35,857 bases of DNA from UHGV virus genome UHGV-0063910; one strand, written 5' to 3'. The notes under the pieces are model-generated. The model was not told the origin of the DNA and ran no database searches. It saw nothing but the letters and a program-made list of their open reading frames with translations. The position numbers and the translations under genes are program-made. Shown here in pieces: positions 1-9,530 of this stretch. Source of the stretch: a virus. The number at the start of each line of letters is the position of its first letter. Positions within the stretch are counted from its first letter, which is position 1.

Positions 1-415
1 GCTCGATGCGCCAGCGGCTGATCACCTCCTGCTCCGGATCGGCGTCACTGTTTCCATTGACGAAGTTCACCGCATCCAGAAAACGGGCGTAAACCTTACG
101 CCTGACCACCGTTCCGCCGACCAGACTCTGCAGATCTTCCGCCATCCCGGTGACCATACCGTACAGGTTAGAAACCGTCAACGTGGGGCGCGTACTGGTG
201 CCTTTGCCATTCAGTTCAAAACCACTCCCCTGAATGGGATACGGCTGATACTGTCGCCCCTGCCAGGTGACCGGCTCACCTTTTTCGTTCTGCTCATTAC
301 AGAAAAAATAACGTTCTCCACCGACCTCTGTCAGATCGATTTCCCAGAGCACCACGCTGGCCGACTGCTCCGCACGGGTGCATTCATTCAGTGTTTCCTG
401 CCGGATATCCTGCAT
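1..415 (-). CDS. L: Minor tail protein L, 5' portion (gene runs off the window start)
   Basis: Reverse-complement translation from ATG at 413-415 reads MQDIRQETLNECTRAEQSASVVLWEIDLTEVGGERYFF..., matching lambda gpL as recalled. Its ATG overlaps the M stop (ATGA). Confidence 0.85.
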   Translation of the reverse strand, partial: MQDIRQETLNECTRAEQSASVVLWEIDLTEVGGERYFFCNEQNEKGEPVTWQGRQYQPYPIQGSGFELNGKGTSTRPTLTVSNLYGMVTGMAEDLQSLVGGTVVRRKVYARFLDAVNFVNGNSDADPEQEVISRWRIE

Positions 416-744
416 CAGTTCACCACCTGTTTAAACTCTGCGCTGAACTCAACACGCAACATACTGACCTGCGACGACCATTTTGCGCAGGTCACCTTTA
501 TCTGCCTGTAACCATAAGGCGGCGTCCACAGAAAGGCCTTCCAGCCCCCGTGCTCAGCCAGAAACGACTCCAGCGCCGTGGCCTCCTCACGGGAGACAGA
601 CAGCGTCACGCTGTACGTTTTCAGGTCAGCGTTCAGCCCGGCAGGCGCACGCTGGGAATAGCCATCACCAAAGCGCACCTCCCTGACGGAAGGAGCCGAT
701 GTCACATCCATCCCGGGTTTCACTTTCCAGCGGAAGGTTTTCAT
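415..744 (-). CDS. M: Minor tail protein M
   Basis: 109-aa ORF MKTFRWKVKPGMDV... matches lambda gpM in sequence and length; sits between H and L as in lambda. Confidence 0.9.
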   Translation of the reverse strand: MKTFRWKVKPGMDVTSAPSVREVRFGDGYSQRAPAGLNADLKTYSVTLSVSREEATALESFLAEHGGWKAFLWTPPYGYRQIKVTCAKWSSQVSMLRVEFSAEFKQVVN

Positions 745-3320
745 CGTCCACCTCCGGAGAACAGACCACCATCGCGCATCTGTGCCTGGATTTCATCACG
801 GGCACCCTTGCGGGCCATGTCATACACCGCCTTCATCATCTGTGGACCTGGCAGACCATTCGTACCGTCGTTCTGAATCACCACGTTGTTGTTCTGCTCA
901 AACCTGATACCCTCTGAACGCCGCATTTGCGCCGGACTTCCGGTGCCACCGACATAACCGCCGGTGGCATAGCCGCGCATCAGCCGGTAGAGATTTCCCA
1001 CGCCAATCCGGCTGGTTGCCTCCTTCGTGAAGACAAATTCACCACGGTGAACAATCCCCGCTGGCTCATATTTGCCGCCGGTTCCCGTAAATCCTCCGGT
1101 TGCAAAATGGAGTTTCGCCGCAGCGGCCTGAATGGCTGTACCGCCTGACGCGGATGCGCCGCCACCAACAGCCCCGCCAATAGCGCTGCCGATACTCCCG
1201 ACAATCCCCACCATTGCCTGCTTAAGCAGAATTTCTGTCATCATGGACAGCACGGAACGGGTGAAGCTGCGCCAGTTCTGTTCACTGCCGGTCAGCATCG
1301 CCGCCATATTCTGCGCAATACCATCAAAGGTCTGCGTGGCAGCACTTTTAACCTGCGACATACTGTCCGTGGCACTCTCTTTCCACTCGCTCCAGCCGGA
1401 CCTGAGGCCTGCCATCCAGTTCCCGCGAAGCAGGTCTTCAGCCGCCCAGGTCTTTTTCTGCTCTGACATGACGTTATTCAGCGCCAGAGGATTATCGCCA
1501 TACTGTTCCTTCAGGCGCTGTTCCGTGGCTTCCCGTTCTGCCTGCCGGTCAGTCAGCCCCCGGCTTTTCGCATCAATGGCGGCCCGTTTTGCCCGTTGCT
1601 GCTGTGCGAATTTATCCGCCTGCTGCGCCAGCGCGTTCAGGTGCTCCTGATACGTAACCTTGTCGCCAAGTGCAGCCAGCTGGCGTTTGTACTCCAGCGT
1701 CTCATCTTTATGCGCCAGCAGGGATTTCTCCTGTGCAGACAGCTGGCGACGTTGTGCTGCCTCCTCCAGTACTGCGAACTGATTTTCTGCCTTCCACAAA
1801 TCCCGGCGCTGCTGGCTGATTTTCTCATTCGCTCCGGCATGCTTCTCCAGCGTCCGGAGTTCTGCCTGAAGCGTCAGAAGGGCAGCATGAGCACTGTCTT
1901 CCTGACGATCGCCCGCAGACACCTTCACGCCGGACTGTTTCGGCTTTTTCAGCGTCGCTTCATAATCCTTTTTCGCCGCCGCCATCAGCGTGTTGTAATC
2001 TGCCTGCAGGATTTTCCCGTCCTTCAGTGCCTTGTTCAGTTCTTCCTGACGGGCGGTATATTTCTCCAGCGGCGTCTGCAGGCGTTCGTAAGCCTTCTGC
2101 GCCTCTTCGGTATATTTCAGCCGTGATGCCTCAGAGTCGGCCCAGTCCTTTGCTGCCATCTCTCTGGCCTTTTCCAGATCGGCCTGCAACGTGGCAGCTG
2201 AAAGCCCAAGTTGCGCATTCGCTCTGTCCTCCCATGCTCCACGGAGATTGGCAAGAAATGCTGAGGTTTTACCGCGCCGGTGGCTCCGGCTCTGATACCA
2301 CTGCCATTTTTTGTCCGCCTCATCAAAAGCCTTTTCTGCTTTCTCCAGCATTTCCTGGGCTGTGTCCGGGCGACCAATATCCAGCACCGAATCCCACATG
2401 GATTTGAATGCCCGCGCAGTCCTGTCTGCCCAGGTCTCCAGCGTGCCCATGTTCTCTTTCAGGCGGCGGGTCTGGTCATCAAACCCTTTCGTTGCGGCCT
2501 CGTTCGCTGCCTGCAATGCCCCGGCCTCATCGCCGGAACGCTGCAACTGAGCAACATACGCAATTTGCTCCGCCGTCACGTTATGGAACTGGCGCGCCAT
2601 CGCCGTCAGCCCCGACGTCGGGTCAGTGGTCAGCTTCCCGAAGGCTTCAGCGACCTTGTCCACCTCCACGCCGGATGCAGAGGAGAAACGCGCCACACTC
2701 TGGCTGATGGACGCAATCTGAGCCTCACCGCTTACCCCCGCCTTAACCAGTGCACTGAGTGACTCGCTGGTCTGGTTAAACGTCAGCCCTGCCGCCTGCC
2801 CGGCTCTGGACAGGACCAGCATACGATCTGCCGTCAGACCCGACTGATTACCGGAAAGGACCAGCGTTTTGTTGAAATCGGACAGGGTTGAGTTACCCTG
2901 ATACCAGGCATACGCCAGCGCACCGGTCGCCACCGCCAGCGAGGTGGCCCCGACCATCGGCAGGGTGATCGCACCGGCAAGCCCCCGGAACATGGGGATC
3001 ATCCCGCCGAAGGAGTCCTTAACCTGACCACCCTGTTGCAGCAGGATCAGCCACGGACTTTGCCCGCCTGCAAGCTGCGTGGCCACGTCGGTGAACTGCG
3101 CAGGCAGCATACGCATGGCAGCTTTATACTGCCCGACGGAAATCCCCGCTTTCTGTGCAGCCAGCGCCTGCCGGTTCATCGACTGTTCAACGACTGCCGC
3201 TGTTTTTTTCGCATCAGTTTCCGTACCGGAAAAATGACGCCTGACTCTGGCCATCTGCTCGTCAAATCTGGCCGCATCCAGACTTAAATCAACGACCAGA
3301 TCGCCTACCGGTTCAGCCAT
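741..3320 (-). CDS. H: Tail tape measure protein H
   Basis: 859-aa ORF with long coiled-coil-like Ala/Gln/Glu/Lys-rich middle and Gly-rich C-terminus, directly after G/T. Lambda gpH is about 853 aa. Confidence 0.9.
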   Translation of the reverse strand: MAEPVGDLVVDLSLDAARFDEQMARVRRHFSGTETDAKKTAAVVEQSMNRQALAAQKAGISVGQYKAAMRMLPAQFTDVATQLAGGQSPWLILLQQGGQVKDSFGGMIPMFRGLAGAITLPMVGATSLAVATGALAYAWYQGNSTLSDFNKTLVLSGNQSGLTADRMLVLSRAGQAAGLTFNQTSESLSALVKAGVSGEAQIASISQSVARFSSASGVEVDKVAEAFGKLTTDPTSGLTAMARQFHNVTAEQIAYVAQLQRSGDEAGALQAANEAATKGFDDQTRRLKENMGTLETWADRTARAFKSMWDSVLDIGRPDTAQEMLEKAEKAFDEADKKWQWYQSRSHRRGKTSAFLANLRGAWEDRANAQLGLSAATLQADLEKAREMAAKDWADSEASRLKYTEEAQKAYERLQTPLEKYTARQEELNKALKDGKILQADYNTLMAAAKKDYEATLKKPKQSGVKVSAGDRQEDSAHAALLTLQAELRTLEKHAGANEKISQQRRDLWKAENQFAVLEEAAQRRQLSAQEKSLLAHKDETLEYKRQLAALGDKVTYQEHLNALAQQADKFAQQQRAKRAAIDAKSRGLTDRQAEREATEQRLKEQYGDNPLALNNVMSEQKKTWAAEDLLRGNWMAGLRSGWSEWKESATDSMSQVKSAATQTFDGIAQNMAAMLTGSEQNWRSFTRSVLSMMTEILLKQAMVGIVGSIGSAIGGAVGGGASASGGTAIQAAAAKLHFATGGFTGTGGKYEPAGIVHRGEFVFTKEATSRIGVGNLYRLMRGYATGGYVGGTGSPAQMRRSEGIRFEQNNNVVIQNDGTNGLPGPQMMKAVYDMARKGARDEIQAQMRDGGLFSGGGR

Positions 3321-3753
3321 ACCGGACTCCTCCTGCGATCCCTTCTGATACTGTCATCAGCATTACGTCATCCTCCGTCATGCCCGTCACATCCGGGGAA
3401 GCGGGGATAACTTCATTCCCGTCCGGGTCAAAGCGGACGCCTCCGGCAAGCCCTGCCGCTTTCTGCATCAGCACATCATATTCAGGCTCTTCGTCAGCCT
3501 CACGCCGGTTCAGCAGACTGAAATCCAGCGGATGCATATCCGGATCGCTGAAAAACAGGCTGAGTACGGTGTACGTCAGCCCGGAAAAGTGCATATCCAG
3601 CAGAACATCATGAAAATAGTGGGTACTGTAAAAGCGGTGCCAGTCGGCATACTCCGTGGATGACATCCCGGCAAGCATGGCGCGCCAGTCGGGTCGCCCC
3701 ATCTCACGCGCCAGTTTCAGGGCAAAACTCAGCTCACCGTCGAACACTTTCCC
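3313..3753 (-). CDS. T: Tail assembly chaperone T portion, expressed as G-T fusion by programmed -1 frameshift
   Basis: ORF in -1 frame relative to G, with no credible independent start. Slippery heptamer GGGAAAG lies at 3747..3753 (minus strand) at the end of G, as in lambda. Confidence 0.8.
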   Translation of the reverse strand, partial: GKVFDGELSFALKLAREMGRPDWRAMLAGMSSTEYADWHRFYSTHYFHDVLLDMHFSGLTYTVLSLFFSDPDMHPLDFSLLNRREADEEPEYDVLMQKAAGLAGGVRFDPDGNEVIPASPDVTGMTEDDVMLMTVSEGIAGGVRYG

Positions 3754-4151
3754 GCAGAAACAGGCTCTGCAGGCCCGGCGTCCTCTGCCTGTTCAGGGGC
3801 ATTATTCACCACAAACTCAGACATACCGGACAGCCGGTACACCACGTTTTCAGCATGAGAAATTGCCTCTGTGGGCCAGGTGGTAAGCACTTCCTGCTCA
3901 ATCTGTTTAACGGCCTCATTCATGGACGGCATCTGCGTCTTCTTCGGATGGTTATGCCACAGGGACATCGCCACCACAAAAGCGCCGGTTCTGATGACGT
4001 CTTCCACAGTAACCTGCCGGTTGCTGTCTGACTCCGCCTGTTCTGCCTGCCGTTTCATCAGGGCAAGATGCTCAATACGCTGCAGGGCTGACAGTTCAGA
4101 AAGCGTGACGGTCACGCCGTTATGTTCAAATGATTCGGTTTTCAGGAACAT
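3729..4151 (-). CDS. G: Tail assembly chaperone G
   Basis: 140-aa ORF MFLKTESFEHNGVTVTLSEL... matches lambda gpG; the last codons contain the G GGA AAG slippery site. Confidence 0.9.
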   Translation of the reverse strand: MFLKTESFEHNGVTVTLSELSALQRIEHLALMKRQAEQAESDSNRQVTVEDVIRTGAFVVAMSLWHNHPKKTQMPSMNEAVKQIEQEVLTTWPTEAISHAENVVYRLSGMSEFVVNNAPEQAEDAGPAEPVSAGKCSTVS

Positions 4152-4166
4152 CGCTGACTCTCCGGA

Positions 4167-4907
4167 TTAACTGGCGGTGACGGTGATTTCTGCAACCGCA
4201 GCAAACTCACCATTACCGGATACAACCGGAATGTTGACCCTGCCTGCAGCAACGCCGTTCACGGTGATGGTCATACCACTGACCGACACGGTGGCTTTTG
4301 TTTTATCCGCAGACACCGCACGGAAGCTCTTGTCGGTTGCGCCTTCCGGCTGGAATGCCACGGTCAGCGTCGTGCTCTGCCCTTTCACCACCGAGGTGCT
4401 GGCAGGCGTCACGGTCATGCCGGTTGCCGCTGTGACCGTGCTGCGATCTTCTGCCATCGACGGGCGTCCCACATTGGTGACCTTCACCGTGCGGGTGATC
4501 ACTTCCTTCGCCGTCACCGCTTTACCGATACTGCTGACCCAGCCACGGAACACATCGACCGTGCCGTTCGGGAAGCGGATTTTATAGGCACGGGTATCAC
4601 CTTCATTAAACCACGCCAGCAGCGCCTGCTGCCCCTGTTCTCCGGGCATCCACGCCAGCGTGAAGCTGGTATCTCCGGCTGATTTCTGCCCCTGCCCGGT
4701 CGCAGTCCAGTCCGCATCTTCATCATCGAGATAGCTGTCGTCATAGGACTCAGCGGTCAGTTCGCCGGGCGTCAGGTCTTTAACTTTTGCCAGACGCGAC
4801 CAGTCCACGTCTGAAAGCGGGTTCGCATAAGGGTCACCGTTCCCCTTATAAACCCACAGTGTGGTCCCGGCACCTTTCACCGGCATTGTAGGATTTGGTA
4901 CAGGCAT
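4167..4907 (-). CDS. V: Major tail protein V
   Basis: ORF contains [22 protein letters not shown]..., the lambda gpV N-terminus. Start placed at the internal ATG 4905-4907 with GAGGA RBS (the track ORF extends to 4937). C-terminal Ig-like Thr/Val-rich region. Confidence 0.9.
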   Translation of the reverse strand: MPVPNPTMPVKGAGTTLWVYKGNGDPYANPLSDVDWSRLAKVKDLTPGELTAESYDDSYLDDEDADWTATGQGQKSAGDTSFTLAWMPGEQGQQALLAWFNEGDTRAYKIRFPNGTVDVFRGWVSSIGKAVTAKEVITRTVKVTNVGRPSMAEDRSTVTAATGMTVTPASTSVVKGQSTTLTVAFQPEGATDKSFRAVSADKTKATVSVSGMTITVNGVAAGRVNIPVVSGNGEFAAVAEITVTAS

Positions 4908-4914
4908 ATCGTCC

Positions 4915-5310
4915 TCACATTTCATAGGTAATGACATAAGTCAGATCGGCTGAACTCCACAGGCCCGCATCATCGTCGCGTCGGTAGTCATAGCCACTGG
5001 CCACCATACTGGTGATCAAATCTGACAGTGCCGGGATATCGCTCATCACCGGATAAATCCGGGACTCCATCCACGAATCCAGCGCTGAATCCGGCACCTG
5101 AGCAGGCAGGAAAACTTCAATATGCAGCTCCGCCTGCCAGGTATCGCTGTCCAGCTCTTCGCCCGTGTATTCAGCGCCGGTGAGATAAACGGCAATTGCC
5201 GGAAAATCCGCCTCATCAAAAACAGCGGGGCGACCATCAAAAAGCGTCGCCCCGGTGTCATGTTTTTCCAGTGCATCCAGTACGGCTGCACGGAGTTCAG
5301 TATGTTTCAT
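4915..5310 (-). CDS. U: Tail terminator protein U
   Basis: 131-aa [36 protein letters not shown]... matches lambda gpU. Confidence 0.9.
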   Translation of the reverse strand: MKHTELRAAVLDALEKHDTGATLFDGRPAVFDEADFPAIAVYLTGAEYTGEELDSDTWQAELHIEVFLPAQVPDSALDSWMESRIYPVMSDIPALSDLITSMVASGYDYRRDDDAGLWSSADLTYVITYEM

Positions 5311-5885
5311 CGCTTTATTACCATCCTCAGTTGATGCTGCAGCGCATAGCCCAGCTCTTTCGGAAGACGCTCACGCCGTATCCGCTCAATATTCTGTTTA
5401 AACGCCGTGGTCAGCGGCACCGCCATCGGAATTTTCACCACATCAATGGGGTAACGGTTTTTCCCGGCCACACGCTGCATGACATGCCAGCGGCCATTTT
5501 TCAGTTGCTGAATAAACGCGCCGGGAATACGACGGTTTCCCACCACAAGCACGCTGCCGCCACCTTTCAGGGATGAACGCTGCCCCTTTTTACGACGCCT
5601 GCGTCGGGACAGGACAACCCGCACGTTACCCAGCCTGATTACGGGCAAATCCCCCCGGTTAACTTTGATTCTGGCCTGCGGATTTTTGACTGTGGCCCTT
5701 TTCAGCCTGGCCCTTTCCTTTACCAGTTTCCGGCGTACCTTTGTCTCACGGGCAACCTGTGCCACCGACTGCGATATCGCGGATGAAGCAACGCGGTTAA
5801 TGGCCATTGCGGCGGCACCGGGCACCGCCGTTCTGCTGATACGGCTGAGGTTTTCAACGGCCTGCTCAAGACCTTTTATGGCCAT
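5307..5885 (-). CDS. Z: Tail completion protein Z
   Basis: 192-aa ORF MAIKGLEQAVENLSRISRTAVPGAAAMAINRV... matches lambda gpZ. Confidence 0.9.
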   Translation of the reverse strand: MAIKGLEQAVENLSRISRTAVPGAAAMAINRVASSAISQSVAQVARETKVRRKLVKERARLKRATVKNPQARIKVNRGDLPVIRLGNVRVVLSRRRRRKKGQRSSLKGGGSVLVVGNRRIPGAFIQQLKNGRWHVMQRVAGKNRYPIDVVKIPMAVPLTTAFKQNIERIRRERLPKELGYALQHQLRMVIKR

Positions 5886-5896
5886 ACATCCCCCTT

Positions 5897-6250
5897 TCAG
5901 CGGCGACGGTTAACGGCAGGCGGTACGCCCCGCCCAAGCCAGAGATGACAGCTTCCGCCATCATCCGGCGAAATCCGGTCTATCCAGAAGTTTTCCTCAC
6001 CGATGGTCAGCGTGTCGCCGCGCCGCAGCTGCCGCACATCATCAGTCCGGACAAACAGGGACGGGCTGGAGCCTTCAACGCGCACGCCCTGTCCGGCATA
6101 GCTGATATTTTCAGGGTCATCAAAAACACCACGTATCACAGCACCGGACTGCTCACCGGATGTCATGGTGGCTGACGTTCCCATGTACCCGCGTATCGTT
6201 TCATCGGCGCAGGCAATGGCAGCATCGAACAGGTTATCGAAATCAGCCAC
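5897..6250 (-). CDS. FII: Head-tail joining protein FII
   Basis: 117-aa ORF MADFDNLFDAAIA.ADETIRGYMGTSAT... matches lambda gpFII. Confidence 0.9.
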   Translation of the reverse strand: MADFDNLFDAAIACADETIRGYMGTSATMTSGEQSGAVIRGVFDDPENISYAGQGVRVEGSSPSLFVRTDDVRQLRRGDTLTIGEENFWIDRISPDDGGSCHLWLGRGVPPAVNRRR

Positions 6251-6261
6251 AGCGCCTCCCG

Positions 6262-6657
6262 TTATTGTATTCTGGCCAGGCCGCGCTCTGTCATTTCAGC
6301 TGCCACACCGGCAGAGACACGGAACGCCGTTCCCGGCAGCACAAATGCCACAGCCTCATCCCGCGTGGCGTGAAGTGCATCAGTATGCAGCGTCACCAGT
6401 GCCACAACCGTGACCAGATCAGCCGTATCAGTCACGGTATCCGGCTGCGCTGATACAACCTCATTTTCATGTCCGGTCAGCACATTTTCCGGGCTGAGAG
6501 GGATATCCTGACCGGCAGTGTCGCCCGTGTCATCAAGCTCTTCTTCCAGTTCTGCCACACGGAGCGCCAGTTCTTCTTTCGTCCCCGTCAGGCTGATATC
6601 ACGGTTCAGTTGTTCACCCAGCGAGCGGAGACGGGCAATCAGTTCATCTTTCGTCAT
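6262..6657 (-). CDS. FI: DNA packaging / head completion protein FI
   Basis: ORF contains MTKDELIARLRSLGEQLNRD..., the lambda gpFI N-terminus; start placed at ATG 6655-6657. Confidence 0.85.
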   Translation of the reverse strand: MTKDELIARLRSLGEQLNRDISLTGTKEELALRVAELEEELDDTGDTAGQDIPLSPENVLTGHENEVVSAQPDTVTDTADLVTVVALVTLHTDALHATRDEAVAFVLPGTAFRVSAGVAAEMTERGLARIQ

Positions 6658-6698
6658 GGACTCCTCCACAGAGAAACAATGGCCCCGAAGGGCCATGA

Positions 6699-7489
6699 TT
6701 ACGCCAGTTGTACAGACACGAACTCATCAGGGTCAGCCAGCAGCATCAGCGGTGCTGACTGAATCATGGTGAACTCACGCGCCGGGTCGCCGGTGGTCAC
6801 CCAGTTTTTCGGGTAACGGGCAGAGGCGTTAATGCCTTCGCGCTGTGCGTCCGCATCCTGAATGCAACCATAGGTGCGCAGACCGCGTGCCTGAGTGTTC
6901 CCCAGCACCATCGTGTTGTCCGGCAGGAAGTTCTTTTTGACGCCGTTTTCCACGTACTGTCCGGAATACACGACGATGGCCACATCGCCATACATTCCCT
7001 TATAAGACACCGCTTTGCCCAGGTCTTTTACCGCTGTCTCCAGCTCGGAATGAGAGCCGCGACGGGTATCCAGCTTCTCCTTGACGGCTTTGAAGGAACG
7101 GAACAGCGCCCAGCCTTTCGGATCAAACACGATGATATTCACCACACCGCTGGCGTTCAGCGCGTAGGCTTCGATATCGTCGGTCGGGTCATACGTGGAC
7201 TTGTCACGCTTGCTCCACTCCGTGCCGCCGGACTGCGTGATGTTATTCGCCTCACTGCGGCCCATATCCACCTCAACCGGATCGAAGGCTTCACCGGTCA
7301 TGGTATATTTGCCCTTAAGCACGGCAGAAACTGCCTGCATCTCTTCGACCTGGGCAATCGCCAGATTTTCATCCAGCATATTCTGCCGAATAATACGGCG
7401 ACGACGGTAAGCCGGGTCAGCCAGGTTCTGCGGATCTTCATCCGGCAGGCGACGCAGGGTCATCTGCGGATTCACCTCATGCTTGGGTT
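6699..7489 (-). pseudogene. E: Major capsid protein E, 3' portion (lambda E codons ~82-341), cut off from its 5' end by the island
   Basis: Translation PKHEVNPQMTLRRLPDEDPQNLADPAYRRRR...DPDEFVSVQLA matches the lambda gpE C-terminal ~260 aa. The reading frame is preceded by a TAA where the island begins. The N-terminal 82 codons are at 18606..18849. Confidence 0.9.
7480..7489. repeat. Left copy of 10-bp direct repeat TGCTTGGGTT flanking the island (putative attL core)
   Basis: Identical 10-mer at 18606..18615. Outer flanks on each side are the two halves of the E reading frame (cctca on the left, tgacata on the right). Confidence 0.8.
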
Positions 7490-7608
7490 ACATGAGTCAA
7501 ATATGAAAGGATGTGAATGATTTTTAGTGATAATATGCTTCAGAATTACTTCCAAAACGAACCGTTGCAATACATCATGCAATACACAGGATATGTAAGG
7601 AGTTATTA

Positions 7609-7794
7609 ATGACTAATTCAGTTGATGTTCAAACCCGTAGAGAAGAATTTGAGCAAGGATATCGAGATGGCTTTCGTTCGGTTCAGGGCAATGTTTTACC
7701 CCCAAAAGCTCCAAGAATTGTACTTGAAACGGGTTCAAAACCTTACGATCAAGGCCATGCTTACGGGGTCAGAGATGCTGGAGGCAAGCGGTAG
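7609..7794 (+). CDS. Small hypothetical protein (61 aa), first gene of the island cargo region
   Basis: ATG at 7609 with AAGGAG 8 nt upstream; AT-rich region; directly upstream of the Abi-like gene. Confidence 0.45.
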   Translation: MTNSVDVQTRREEFEQGYRDGFRSVQGNVLPPKAPRIVLETGSKPYDQGHAYGVRDAGGKR

Positions 7795-7838
7795 CTATCA
7801 CTGGTATAGTCCATAGAAAAAGTGTAAGGGGTCCTAAA

Positions 7839-8600
7839 ATGGATAATTTTCTCAATGAGTTTTCGTCGGATCAGGAACGAGCTAGACATTTAGAGAACTT
7901 ATTAATTAAGGTTGCTCGAGGAGGACCTCGAGATAATAGTGAAAATTATATTTCTCTTAGATCGTACTTTATACAAAACTCTGTATTAAAACTGTTGCTT
8001 CCTGCATTCGTAAGAGAAAACAGAAGCCTAAAAAAATTTTGGGGATTCATACAGCAGAAGTTCCCAACATATAAAGAGCGCGAGTACTTCATCTCAACTG
8101 AATTCACACCGTTATTCGATTATTTCGAAGAGAATCATGCTACGCCTTCGGATGTTCACATAACTGACGGATTAAGAAGCTATGATGAGTGTGGCGTGAA
8201 TGAAGCTTGGGCAAAAGCTCTAGACAGAAGAAACAACGATCCTGAAGGGGCTATTACAGCATCTAGAACATTGCTTGAGACGGTTTGTAAACACATTCTT
8301 GATGATTTAAGTATTACTTATGATAGAAATCTAGACATGAGTGAACTTTATAAACTAACATCCAAAGCACTTAATTTGGCTCCAGATCAGCACGGAGAAC
8401 AGATTTTTAAGCAGATACTTAAAGGTTGCTCATCTGTGGTAAATGGCCTTGGCAATTTACGTAATAAATATGGCGATGCTCATGGCATAGGGAAAAAACC
8501 AATAAAACCTGCTGATCGACATGCTCTTTTAGCTGTTAATCTTGCAGGAAGCATGTCAGTTTTCCTCATTCAAACATGGCAAAACTTGTCAAACAAATAA
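7839..8600 (+). CDS. Abortive-infection-like protein with C-terminal HEPN-type motif (candidate anti-phage cargo)
   Basis: 253-aa ORF with AAGGGG RBS; motif LRNKYGDAHG fits the Rx4-6H HEPN signature. AT-rich composition by eye, at the island edge. Confidence 0.5.
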   Translation: MDNFLNEFSSDQERARHLENLLIKVARGGPRDNSENYISLRSYFIQNSVLKLLLPAFVRENRSLKKFWGFIQQKFPTYKEREYFISTEFTPLFDYFEENHATPSDVHITDGLRSYDECGVNEAWAKALDRRNNDPEGAITASRTLLETVCKHILDDLSITYDRNLDMSELYKLTSKALNLAPDQHGEQIFKQILKGCSSVVNGLGNLRNKYGDAHGIGKKPIKPADRHALLAVNLAGSMSVFLIQTWQNLSNK

Positions 8601-9308
8601 TACCTAATTTTTAACCTCAACTGATTAAATTTCGGTCAAACATCCGTTAGTGAAATACAAGTTGCTATGTAAATACACACCTGCAACTTGTATTACCAAC
8701 CAAGTTTAGCTCCCGATATTACTCATTTCCATTATTTTTCCTTGGCTAGCGCTTCGTCGAACATTTTTACGTGTTATCTTCAAGGTAGATGCTCGCAGAA
8801 ATGATAGTACCACCGATTCGGCGTTGACCATAAGCCAGCAGAACAAGATCCCCTTGGCCGGTTGTATTCGTTACACCACCAAATGCATAGAATGCCTTGT
8901 TATCAGTATCTTGCTTACTCGGCTACCCACAAGATTGTGGGGATAGCATTTGAGCAACGTAGCCTATCGTCACAGAAGCCCCTACTACAAACATCATATT
9001 ACTGGACGCTATACGCGCTCCTGACATTCAGATAGACACAGCAACGCAAATCATTTGCAGCAGACCAGAGCTTTTACTTTCCACAATAACTGGCACAAAT
9101 ACGAATTTCCCGACCCTCAGTAGAGAGCACAAGCGCATCTTTTCCAATATTCTGTTTCCTATGAAAAATACAGAATGTCAGCTCGCGAAATTTACTAGTA
9201 TTCAGATACTTTTCTAATCGAACCTCTCAGTTTAATCGTCATCATTACCTTATAGCTCTGCATTTCGAGTTCCTACAGTAGAGTAAGTGTTCAGTAACCC
9301 AAGTTCAG

Positions 9309-9517
9309 GAGAAAGGAAACGATCATGCCATTTTCAGTCCCAAATAATGCTTTCCATTTCCTTTCTTTTCAGGTGGTGTTTTAAATAAAAACATAAAGTT
9401 ACGGCGAAGAAGAACGGAAACGCCTTAAACCGGAAAATTTCCATAAATAGAGAAAAACTGCGCGCCTTCCGCCCCGTAGTCTGCCGGATTGCCGGAAAGG
9501 ACCCGCCAGCCAGAGCG
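9309..9517. other. Island cos-like site, homologous to the prophage cos
   Basis: About 210 bp alignable with 24828..25037. The ggttacggcgaagaagaacggaaacgccttaaaccggaaaatt block is near-identical. The cosN-like segment (about 9463..9474) differs at several positions and the R1-like hairpin has diverged. Confidence 0.75.
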
Positions 9518-9530
9518 GGCCCTAATTTCA

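Noticed and set aside
391-3287. Multiple plus-strand and alternative-frame ORFs inside L, M and H (e.g. 391..876, 1132..1650, 1596..2126, 2280..2762)
   Set aside because: All are antisense or out of frame relative to well-supported lambda tail genes and have Arg/Pro/Ser-rich translations typical of spurious ORFs in GC-rich coding DNA.
7622-7816. 64-aa ORF overlapping the 61-aa island cargo ORF in another frame
   Set aside because: Its ATG has no Shine-Dalgarno sequence, whereas the 7609 ATG has AAGGAG at ideal spacing; only one of the two can be real, and 7609..7794 is better supported.
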